Assembly: GCA_963816185.1 (NCBI GenBank)
Contig: CAWFJJ010000029.1
Coordinates: forward strand, 128,001 to 192,000
Direction of reading: 5' to 3'
Source: Thermoanaerobaculia bacterium
GTDB lineage: Bacteria; Acidobacteriota; Thermoanaerobaculia; UBA5066
Length of the DNA: 64,000 nt
In this document: positions 50,301-57,674 of the stretch, piece by piece
How the letters are laid out: each line of letters begins with the position of its first letter
Numbering within the stretch: the stretch's first letter is position 1
The notes under the pieces: generated by a model
The model's input: the letters and a program-made list of their open reading frames with translations, nothing else
Told to the model about the DNA's origin: nothing
The model's database searches: none
Made by a program: the position numbers and the translations under genes

Positions 50301-50415
50301 GGCGCAGAACGCGAGCCTGACGAACGCCGCCTGCGCCTCGAATCCCACGTACGGAAAAGATATCGGCTGGCAGAACCCGCGGGTCGTACGTCTCGGCGCT
50401 CGCGTGTCCTTCTGA
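47392..50415 (+). CDS. TonB-dependent outer membrane receptor (Oar type, N-terminal carboxypeptidase-regulatory-like domain)
   Basis: GGAGGAGG RBS; signal peptide; G.V.DQNGAPLPGV, LPLGRNF, EN.YIIDG, GGYEAEYG..GG.INVVTKSG.N, SPRLG, terminal RLGARVSF. Confidence 0.92.
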   Translation: MSHSRCPFLVLLVIALCAASAAVAQTTGDLDGTVADQNGAPLPGVSVELRSPQLQGTRTAVTNAAGRYRFPVLSPGIYSVTAQLSGFTKVERAGLKVSLGATTTIPITMGLSVKEEIVVTSEAPAVDTSKTTIGTTASLDSIQRLPLGRNFVSIASTVAGTGTDVSGNLTVYGATGLENAYIIDGVNTTGVKTGTQAKQLNNEFIQEVEVKTGGYEAEYGRVLGGTINVVTKSGGNEFRGDGFGYYDSSSLASSDKRTSDRQTANQGEFFSPKRFDAGADLGGYFVKDRVWFFGAYDRVNQDQNYTRTLAVLRDASQTKLSTGSTDVYRNNLYSGKLTFRLGDSNTIAASIFGDPGTFSGRYDLTQIPVMVGADGAWLVDRNVGGSDFSGRWDGLLGTLFLGQAQIGYHTEKRQDSSPFSSQPFLEQQQAGFPLEALPGSGPIFLEDSKFQRYVYRAAGSLFLGAHEIKAGLDWEHLNSDFSESYGGEDRIRTRLTASGALNNYQHRYFAQTPLAGANCLGLLDPSGPAAFPNCTGYAIAPSVDNNPITDNVGLFAQDSYKVLKNLTVNAGVRYEQQRLKDFTGATVVKIDNEWSPRLGVVWDFAGNGRSKVFANYGRFYEVIPQDIQTRALGNEYIIFVRNSSPTPNPIDQFLGGPIVQGGELVQDNLKGMYQDELIGGVEVEVAKNWAIGVKGIYRALGRVVEDRCDLAVNPDIAQYFNPSSPATCALINPGQGNSLGTIKDPFDTTCYPNGETDAAGNLVAGAPCASTQPRRYFRGLEVTATHRFSNSFYALASYLYSKLEGNYSGNLSQTREGGQQDPNINADFDYPGLVTNAFGRLRNDRTHQVKVSGYYAFPFGLTVGANAFYNTGRPFSIRGCASDAIACDAGYNQEGYLVPRGSAGDLPAAYEADLHLEYGMRFGNISITPIVDVFNLLNRQGVLSRDELFNNTGTVAGNDPKSGIGQPGCTAQNASLTNAACASNPTYGKDIGWQNPRVVRLGARVSF

Positions 50416-50439
50416 GATCTTGCGAGACCTCCTGAACAC

Positions 50440-50467
50440 GGGCCGGCCCATGGCCGGCCCCCTTTTT
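50440..50467 (+). terminator. Rho-independent terminator of the TonB receptor gene
   Basis: gggccggcc-cat-ggccggccc followed by ccttttt. Confidence 0.75.
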
Positions 50468-50474
50468 CCGGGGT

Positions 50475-53400
50475 TCACTTCGGCAGGGTCACGATGACGA
50501 AGCGTCCCTCGAGGTCCGCGACGAATAGGCGTCCATTCGGAAGCAGAGCGAGGCCGGAGGGCTTCTCGAACCTCCGGCCCTCCGGCTGGTCCTGGCCGCG
50601 CAGCGTCGTCACGAGGCGGCCCTCTCTCGTGTAGGCGCGCACCTCGCCCGCGAGCGGGACCGAAACCCACAGGAGATCCTTGGAGTCGAGCGCGAGGTAC
50701 GGCTCGGAGAAAGTCTCCCGCCGCCAGCCGGCCACGTCGAACGCGCGCACGAAACCCCCGTTGCGATCGAAGATCGCGACGCGGCCGTTGCCGTTGTCGG
50801 CGACGTAGACGTCTCCGTCCTTGCCGGCAGCGATGCCCTGCGGATCGGCCAGCTTACCGGCGCCTTTCGCCGTCCCCCACTCGGCCTCCTTGTGCCCGAA
50901 GCCGTCGAAGCGCACGACGCGCCCGTTCCCCGTGTCCGCGACGAAGACCGAGCCACCCTTGTCCACGGCGATACCGCGCGGCCCGAAGAAACCGCCGGCC
51001 CATTCGCGCAGCCAGCCGCCCTTGTCGTCGAAGACCTGCACGCGGCCATTCCACGTGTCGGCCACGAAAACGAGGCCGGTAGGCCCGACTGCGATGCCGC
51101 ACGGGTCGTTGAATTGTCCGGGTCCCGCGCCGCGCGTCCCGAACGCGAGGAGGGGAGAGCCGTCCGCGCCGAAGAGCTGCACCCGCTGGTTTCCGAAATC
51201 CGCGACCCAGACCCGCCCGGCCGAATCCACCGCGACTCCGCGGGGCTGGCGGACTCGTCCGGGAGCGTCGGCGGGGGGAAGTGGCGACTGCTCTTTCCGC
51301 GGCGAGGAGGGCAGCTCTTCGACGCGCACCGGCGCCGCGGCGGCACCAGGCGTAAAGACGCCCGTCACTCCGAAAAGAACCATCTCCGGATTCCGGTACA
51401 CGGGGGTCAGGAGATCCGTCCACGACTCGAAGCGGGCGAGATTCGCACCCGCGTACGTCTTGCGCTCGAGATTCCCGACGGCGACCAGCGCGACGTGGTA
51501 CCGGAGGAGGATCCGCTTGACGGTCGCCTCGTCCGCCGAGGTGTACGCGTCCGTGACGTCCGCCTTGCGGCGGTCGGTCTCGGCCTGGCTGTGACCGCGC
51601 TGTTGCGTGTGGTACTCCCAGCCCTGCACGGTGGGGAGGCCCGTGTTCATGGAGAGGCGCGTGAAGTCCTGGTACGGCGGCCCCTGCGCCTCGAGAAGAA
51701 CGGGCAAGCCGCTCACGTTCGCGTTGATCCACTCGATCGCGCCGCGATCGGACGGGTTCTGCTTCTCGAGGTAGGCCGTCCCGTCCAGAGTGAAACGTGG
51801 CCAGCCGCCGCGGTCGAGGCGGAGGAAGCCGGCAAAAGCGGAAACGGTCGTGAAGAGCGCGGCCAGGCCGGCGAGGGCGGTCGCGAGGCGCCACGCGCGG
51901 CTTTTCGAGGAGAGAAGCGTCTCCCACGCAAGCGCCCCCGCCACGGAGAACAGGAGCCACGTTTCGAAGTGAAACTTGAAAACCGTGTTCATGCGGTCCC
52001 AGATGAAGACGAGCTCGCAGCCCGTCAGGACCGCGAAGCCCAACGCGACGAGCGCGACCGCCGGGCGGACGCGGGCCTCCGTCGAACGTCTCAGCGCCGC
52101 CCCGAGAGCGACCAGAAACGCGATCGCCGTGAACAGGCGAATCGACGAGGCCTGAGCGATCCGCGGGGGATGGAGCGAGAAGGACAAGAGAGACAGCGGG
52201 AGTGCGACCGCCGCGCTGAGCAGGAACGCCCGCGCGGCCCTCCCGACGGGCGCGCCGCCTCTCTTCCATGCGGCGAACGCGAACGGCACGAGGAGCGCGA
52301 TGAAGAGCCCCCACACGTTGAAGAAGTCCCACGGCACCGCCCACGGGCCGACTTCGCGGCCCCAGTTCCGCGGCGGCGGCGTGAACTGCGCCCAGAACGG
52401 ACGCACGAGAAGAGCCGCCAGAAGAGCGACTCCGGCCGCCGGCACGAGGACGTTCCGCGCGAGCGCGGCGGCAGAGGCCGTGAGTCCCGGCGGCCGCGAC
52501 CCGAGCCAGAGAACCCCTGGCAGGAAGAGGAGAAGGCACGCATAAACGGGCCACGACCATCCGTTCGTGATCTGCAGCGCGGCGAAAAAGAGAGCGGCGA
52601 GCGCGACGAGCGCGCCCGCCTGGCGGGTCGCGGGCAGCGCCCGGTCTTCGCGCGTCACGAAGAGGAGAAGCACCGCGACGAAGGCCGCCGTGAAGGGCAG
52701 CGCGAGGACGTGCGCGTGCAGGTCCGCGAAGAGAAAGCTCCAGAACGGGTACTCGTTGATCGCGTTCGGCGCGATGACGCGCGACGTCGCCCAGAAGTAG
52801 TTCCAGTCGAGCGGACGGCCCCCCTGGTGAAAGTGGAAGTCGAACGCCGTTCGCGGCCCGGAAGGAGCCGCGACGAAGAGCGCCAGAAGAACCGCGACCG
52901 CGCCTGTGCGCAGCCGGCCGCCGAGCGCGGCGCCTGCGGCGAGGATCGCAGATGCCGCAAGAGCAGCGGTCATCGCGATCGCGAGATTGAACAGGATTCC
53001 GGGATGAATCCCGAGGAGCTTCCCCGCCGCCGCGGCGAGGTAATGGCCGAAATAAGTGTACGAGAGCGGCGACCCGGCGAGCCAGGGCTCGGGAGGCGGA
53101 AGCTCCGTGGACCTCAGGAGCGTGTTCAGAAACGAGAAGTCCATCGGCTTCTCGCCGGAGTAGATCTCGGGATTCAGGGCGCGCACGGTGAGAAAGAAGA
53201 GGAACGTGCCCCAGAAGACGAGCGCCGTCTTCCGGCGCTCGGGCGCCGGCGTGGCCTCTCGCGCCCGGCGGCGGCAGAAGAAGCCGCCCAGCAGGAGCGC
53301 TGCGGTCGTGACCGCGAGAAGCCCTCGCGTGAAGTGCGCAAAACGCCACGAGACGAGCAGCCAGGGCACGAACGCGAAGAGGAGGACGCCGGTGACGCGC

Positions 53401-55289
53401 CCGAGGGCGTCGCGGCCCGGGCGCGCCGGAAGAAGAGCGGCGAGGAGCCCCGCGCCCGCGAGGCCCGTGAGCTCGAGCCACGCCGCGAAAAGCAGCAGCG
53501 CGACGAGGGAAGAGCGCAGGCCGGGAATGCTCCGGCCCGGCTCGACGGCTTCCGGCGTCGACGTCGCAGCCGCAGACGCGGGATGCGCGAGGAGAAGGTC
53601 GTCGCGCGTGAGGGTCTTCGACGGTGTCGCCGAAAGGAGGGTCTTCTCGATCGCGTCGGCGGAAAGCCTCTTCGTGTTCTCGAAGAACAGGACTTTCGGA
53701 TGGTCGTAGACCGTGAACGACTCGTCGGCGAGCTCGTCGGGCACCTGGATTCCCAGGAAGGAGGGGCGCGAGGCGACCTCGCGTGCGAGCGTGTACCCCA
53801 GGTCGCCGGCGAAGAGGAGGCGAAAAGCCCGGTTCGTGAGCGGAAACTTCTCGGGCGCACGCGTGACGGCGCCGTAGAGCCGCTTCGTCTGGAGGACGAC
53901 CCAGTCCGTCTCGGCGAGGGCCCGCGCGAGCTTCGCCATCTTCTCGGGGGAGTCGTTCTCGTAAAAGCCGAACGTGACGATCTTGTAGCGCTCGGCCGGG
54001 CGGCCCGGAAAGCTGAACGGGAAGCCCTCGTCCCAGTCCTGCTCGAGAACACGGGCGCCGTCGGGGACGTGGTCGTGAAACCACAGGGACGCCGTGACCG
54101 AGCTGTGCAGGCGCGTGTAGATCGAGAGGAACGCGAGGGCCCACACGGCCGTCGAGCCGACGACGACCGCTCTCAGGACGCGTCCCACCCGCCCGCGCTC
54201 GGCCTTCTCGGTGAGCCAGGCGGAGGTCCAGAGGGCGAGAATCGGGTAGATGGGCAGGAGATAGCGCGGGAACTTCACCTCGAACGTGCACGTCAGAAGG
54301 ACATAGGGCACGAAGAACGAGGCGAAGACCCACTCGACGGGAGAAAGCGAGCGGAAACGGGCGAGGCGCCGGCCGGCGGCCCAGAGCGCGGCGAGGCCGA
54401 AGAGCGGCCCGAGACACCAGAAAACGATCTCCTTGGCCTCGTACAGGAAGTTCGGAACGCCGATGTACTGGTTCGTGTACGGGAGGAGGCCCGCGTGGCG
54501 GACCATCGCGCCCTGCTCGGACACCGAACGCCAGAATTCGTGGAAGTCGAGAAAGGCGTAGGGCTCGCCGAGAAAGAACGCGACGAGGGCCGCGAGGCCG
54601 GCCATCGCGAGGAGAAGAGCTCCCTTGCGCCAGGCGCGCGCCGGCCGGCAGGCGAGAAAGACGGCGACGGCGAGAGGAAGAAAGAGCGGCGCCGCGCTCA
54701 CCTTCGTCGCGAGCGAAAAGCCCGTCAGCGCGCCGGCGAGGAGGGCGTCTCGGCCGCGTCCCCGAAGCGCGAGGCGGCCCGAGGCGGCGAGCGCGAGGAG
54801 GACGAAAAGCGTGAGCGTCACGTCCGTGGACGCGAAGTGCGAGGTCTGGAGATGCAGGACGGCCAGCGCGAGGAGAAGGCCCGCGTAAAGGCCCGCCTTC
54901 TGCCCGTAGAGGCGGCGGCCCACGGCGGCGACGAGGAGAACGGTCAGCGCGCCCGCGAGCGCCGACAGGAAGCGGCCGACGTGGATGACGCCGTCGTACG
55001 AATTGAACCAGCCGCGGCCCGAGACCGTCGCGAGGAGCGACGACAGGGCCTTCGTCAGATAGAGCGGCAGCGAGCCGTACGCGAAGAAGTGCGGGTTGAG
55101 CCGGAGCGGATGGAAGGAGAGCTTGAGGATCGCGTCGCCGATGGCGCGCTCGTCCGGATGGAAGAAGTGGTTCTGGTCGAAGTCCAGTCCGACGAGGCGG
55201 ATGCCGAGAGCGAACAGGGTCAGAAGGAGAAGGGGCCCGCGGAACGCTCGTGGCGACGAACCGGGTCCCGCGGGTGGTGACGGGGTCAT
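50475..55289 (-). CDS. 1604-aa fusion: PMT/GT39-like GT-C domain + DUF2298 domain + NHL-repeat beta-propeller
   Basis: HPDER, FFAYGSLP, PYT.QY, DESFTVYDHP; then EKPMDF, PWLAG..YTYFG, INEYP.WSF.FADLH.H, RMNTVFK; then P.G(I/V)AV...V.VAD..N.R(V/I)Q repeats. Confidence 0.88.
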   Translation of the reverse strand: MTPSPPAGPGSSPRAFRGPLLLLTLFALGIRLVGLDFDQNHFFHPDERAIGDAILKLSFHPLRLNPHFFAYGSLPLYLTKALSSLLATVSGRGWFNSYDGVIHVGRFLSALAGALTVLLVAAVGRRLYGQKAGLYAGLLLALAVLHLQTSHFASTDVTLTLFVLLALAASGRLALRGRGRDALLAGALTGFSLATKVSAAPLFLPLAVAVFLACRPARAWRKGALLLAMAGLAALVAFFLGEPYAFLDFHEFWRSVSEQGAMVRHAGLLPYTNQYIGVPNFLYEAKEIVFWCLGPLFGLAALWAAGRRLARFRSLSPVEWVFASFFVPYVLLTCTFEVKFPRYLLPIYPILALWTSAWLTEKAERGRVGRVLRAVVVGSTAVWALAFLSIYTRLHSSVTASLWFHDHVPDGARVLEQDWDEGFPFSFPGRPAERYKIVTFGFYENDSPEKMAKLARALAETDWVVLQTKRLYGAVTRAPEKFPLTNRAFRLLFAGDLGYTLAREVASRPSFLGIQVPDELADESFTVYDHPKVLFFENTKRLSADAIEKTLLSATPSKTLTRDDLLLAHPASAAATSTPEAVEPGRSIPGLRSSLVALLLFAAWLELTGLAGAGLLAALLPARPGRDALGRVTGVLLFAFVPWLLVSWRFAHFTRGLLAVTTAALLLGGFFCRRRAREATPAPERRKTALVFWGTFLFFLTVRALNPEIYSGEKPMDFSFLNTLLRSTELPPPEPWLAGSPLSYTYFGHYLAAAAGKLLGIHPGILFNLAIAMTAALAASAILAAGAALGGRLRTGAVAVLLALFVAAPSGPRTAFDFHFHQGGRPLDWNYFWATSRVIAPNAINEYPFWSFLFADLHAHVLALPFTAAFVAVLLLFVTREDRALPATRQAGALVALAALFFAALQITNGWSWPVYACLLLFLPGVLWLGSRPPGLTASAAALARNVLVPAAGVALLAALLVRPFWAQFTPPPRNWGREVGPWAVPWDFFNVWGLFIALLVPFAFAAWKRGGAPVGRAARAFLLSAAVALPLSLLSFSLHPPRIAQASSIRLFTAIAFLVALGAALRRSTEARVRPAVALVALGFAVLTGCELVFIWDRMNTVFKFHFETWLLFSVAGALAWETLLSSKSRAWRLATALAGLAALFTTVSAFAGFLRLDRGGWPRFTLDGTAYLEKQNPSDRGAIEWINANVSGLPVLLEAQGPPYQDFTRLSMNTGLPTVQGWEYHTQQRGHSQAETDRRKADVTDAYTSADEATVKRILLRYHVALVAVGNLERKTYAGANLARFESWTDLLTPVYRNPEMVLFGVTGVFTPGAAAAPVRVEELPSSPRKEQSPLPPADAPGRVRQPRGVAVDSAGRVWVADFGNQRVQLFGADGSPLLAFGTRGAGPGQFNDPCGIAVGPTGLVFVADTWNGRVQVFDDKGGWLREWAGGFFGPRGIAVDKGGSVFVADTGNGRVVRFDGFGHKEAEWGTAKGAGKLADPQGIAAGKDGDVYVADNGNGRVAIFDRNGGFVRAFDVAGWRRETFSEPYLALDSKDLLWVSVPLAGEVRAYTREGRLVTTLRGQDQPEGRRFEKPSGLALLPNGRLFVADLEGRFVIVTLPK

Positions 55290-55312
55290 TTCGCTTAAGA
55301 TAGCGGGAGCAA

Positions 55313-56506
55313 GTGTACGACACGGATTCCGGGTCGAGCCGGCGCTCTCTCACCGTCAACCTCGCCCTCCTGCTCGGCTCGACACTCGTGGCTCTCGCCC
55401 TCTGTGAGGCGGGTGCGCGCTTGCTTCTCCCGGCGCCTCAGACGGTGAAGGTCGAAGAGAAAGAAGACACGTACGAGGCGCCGAAGAGCTTCGAGCGGCT
55501 CGAAACGAGGGCGGAGAAGTCGATCGACTCGGTCGTCCTCTTCGGCGGGCCCCACGGCGTGAGGCTGCGCCCGAATACGCACGGCGAGATTCACAACCAC
55601 GTCCTGAACGGCCGCGACGTCGTGATCGACGTGAACTCGCTCGGCCTCAGATACCCCGAGCTCGCTCCCAAGGCTCCCGACGAGTTCCGCGTCCTCGTCC
55701 TCGGGGACTCGATCACGTTCGGCGACTTCGTCCTCGAGAGTGAGACGTGGACGCGGCAGATGGAAGCCCTGACTAAGGGAAGGAAAAAGAAGGTCCTCTT
55801 CATCAATGCGGGCCTGCCCGGAGCCGGCACGGCGGAGGAGCTTTCTCTCTTCCGCGAGATCGGGGAGCGCGTGAAGCCGGACCTCGTCCTCGTCGGCATG
55901 TATCTCAACGACGCGCAGTCGGGAAGCCTCTTCTTCACCAAGAAGCTCCCGGGTCCGTGGGCGAAGAGCCGTTTCCTGTCCTTCTTGTCCGACCGCTTCC
56001 AGCTCCTCGACATGCGCTTCTTCCGGAACGCGCTTCCCGGCGAGATCGATCCGAACTGGCGGGAGACGTTCCGGGCGGGGCGGCCCTTGAAGTCCGGCGA
56101 CATGTTCGGGACCCGCGACGGTTTCGACTTCGAGATCTACAACGCGTACATGGATTTCGGCCTCGGCTGGAATCAAAAGGCCTGGAAGATCATCGAGACG
56201 ATCACGGCGGCTCTACGCGATGCGGTGCGCGCGCAAGACGCCCGCCTCGCCGTCCTGCTCTTTCCCGTTCACATCCAGGTGATGGGGACCGTCCAGCGGT
56301 TCGAGCCCGAAGAGAGCTGCCGGCGGATGTGTGCGCGGCTTCGCATTCCTTTCGATGACCCCCTTCCCACCCTGCGACAGACGTGGCAAAAGGACCACGA
56401 GGAGCTCTTTTACGATCACTGCCATTACAGGCCGAGGGGGTATGCGGTCCTGGCGAGACAGACAGTGGACTTTTTGGACTCCGAAAGACTGATTCCGCCG
56501 GCTTGA
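55313..56506 (+). CDS. SGNH/GDSL hydrolase-family protein with N-terminal membrane anchor
   Basis: NSLGLR, LGDSITFG, INAG.PG, YLND, YDHCHY (D-x-x-H). Confidence 0.85.
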   Translation: MYDTDSGSSRRSLTVNLALLLGSTLVALALCEAGARLLLPAPQTVKVEEKEDTYEAPKSFERLETRAEKSIDSVVLFGGPHGVRLRPNTHGEIHNHVLNGRDVVIDVNSLGLRYPELAPKAPDEFRVLVLGDSITFGDFVLESETWTRQMEALTKGRKKKVLFINAGLPGAGTAEELSLFREIGERVKPDLVLVGMYLNDAQSGSLFFTKKLPGPWAKSRFLSFLSDRFQLLDMRFFRNALPGEIDPNWRETFRAGRPLKSGDMFGTRDGFDFEIYNAYMDFGLGWNQKAWKIIETITAALRDAVRAQDARLAVLLFPVHIQVMGTVQRFEPEESCRRMCARLRIPFDDPLPTLRQTWQKDHEELFYDHCHYRPRGYAVLARQTVDFLDSERLIPPA

Positions 56507-56594
56507 TATCATGCCCCCTCGTTCGGAAACGAGGCCTCAAACGCGGGACAGCCCGTCCGGAACGCGTTTCGGGAGCCTTGTGAGGAGTTCGGGG

Positions 56595-57077
56595 ATGGCG
56601 GGGAAATTGCGCTATTTTTCGGTCGCGCTGTGCGTTCTTTCTCTGGCATGCGGCGGGAAAAAGGCCGAAGCGCCCGATCGGGGCGGCCGCGCTGCGGTCG
56701 GGAAACAGGGGCCCGTGAAAGACGCGACCATCGCAAAGTTCCGCCTCGGCTCGGCCTCCGCACCCGACGGCACCGTCATTATCGAGACGCGCAATTTCGG
56801 GCGGGGAGAATCGGTCTTCACGTCCTTCGAGGTCCCGAACGCTCCTGCAAGGTCGAGAATGCGCGTCGCGTGGTTTCGCCTGCCGGACAAGACGCTCGTC
56901 TCCAGCCAGGAAGCGCCGCTCGTGCCGGAAAATCCGGCGGTCGCCTTCAAAGCGGACTCGAAGGGCTGGCCGATCGGAGAGTACGAGCTCGAGATGTCTC
57001 TGGCCGAGGCGGGGAAAGAAGTTTGGACTTTCATGGGGACCGCGCAGTTCAAGATCGTCAGAGAGAAGCTGAACTAG
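56595..57077 (+). CDS. lipoprotein with beta-rich (Ig-like) domain
   Basis: GAGGAG RBS; lipobox SLAC; WP.GEY.LE pattern. Confidence 0.65.
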   Translation: MAGKLRYFSVALCVLSLACGGKKAEAPDRGGRAAVGKQGPVKDATIAKFRLGSASAPDGTVIIETRNFGRGESVFTSFEVPNAPARSRMRVAWFRLPDKTLVSSQEAPLVPENPAVAFKADSKGWPIGEYELEMSLAEAGKEVWTFMGTAQFKIVREKLN

Positions 57078-57173
57078 CGTGACCTAGGCCACCGTTTGAG
57101 CCGTCTTTGCGTCGCCGGACGGCGCCGGGCCGGAATATCCTCGGCGAGACGAAGTCTTCTCTTCATGGATGGG

Positions 57174-57674
57174 ATGATGCCGACCCGACGCACCTTCATG
57201 CTCGCCGCGATCGGGACGGCGCTCGCCGCGGCCTCCTCGGTTGGTGGTGCCGCGCTCGCGTTCGTCCTCGGGCCGCTGCGCCGCCGCGCGCCAGGGGAAC
57301 CCGCCCTTCTGGACCTTGGCGCGGCCTCGGCTTTCGAGGCGGTGCGCGCCGGTGCGTCCGGGCCGCAAGAGGTCGTCGTGGAGCGCACCGTCGAGGACGG
57401 CTACATGACGCGCCGCGTTAAGGAGCGCTTCGCCGTCGTCCGGGACGCGAAGGCCGCGTCGGGCCTGGCGGCGCTCAGCACGACGTGCACTCATCTGGGC
57501 TGCGGAGTGTCGTGGAATGCTGCGCGAAAGGCCTTCCTGTGCCCTTGCCACGGCGGCGTTTACGGACCGGCCGGAGAGGTGCTGGCCGGTCCACCCCCGA
57601 AACCCCTGGCGCGCCTGCCGCTCGTCGTTTCGGGCGGACGCCTGCAGCTCGACGCGGCGGCGCTCGACGCGTGA
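57174..57674 (+). CDS. Rieske 2Fe-2S subunit of a quinol:cytochrome c oxidoreductase
   Basis: Tat motif TRRTF, CTHLGC, CPCHGGVY, GPPP.PL; start could be 57165/57174/57177. Confidence 0.9.
   Translation: MMPTRRTFMLAAIGTALAAASSVGGAALAFVLGPLRRRAPGEPALLDLGAASAFEAVRAGASGPQEVVVERTVEDGYMTRRVKERFAVVRDAKAASGLAALSTTCTHLGCGVSWNAARKAFLCPCHGGVYGPAGEVLAGPPPKPLARLPLVVSGGRLQLDAAALDA

Noticed and set aside
47422-55359. Very long alternative ORFs (47422..50670 -, 50854..55359 -, 50892..55280 +) and similar ones across the window
   Set aside because: Shadow frames typical of high-GC coding DNA; Arg/Ala/Pro/Gly-rich with no motifs and fully overlapping well-supported genes
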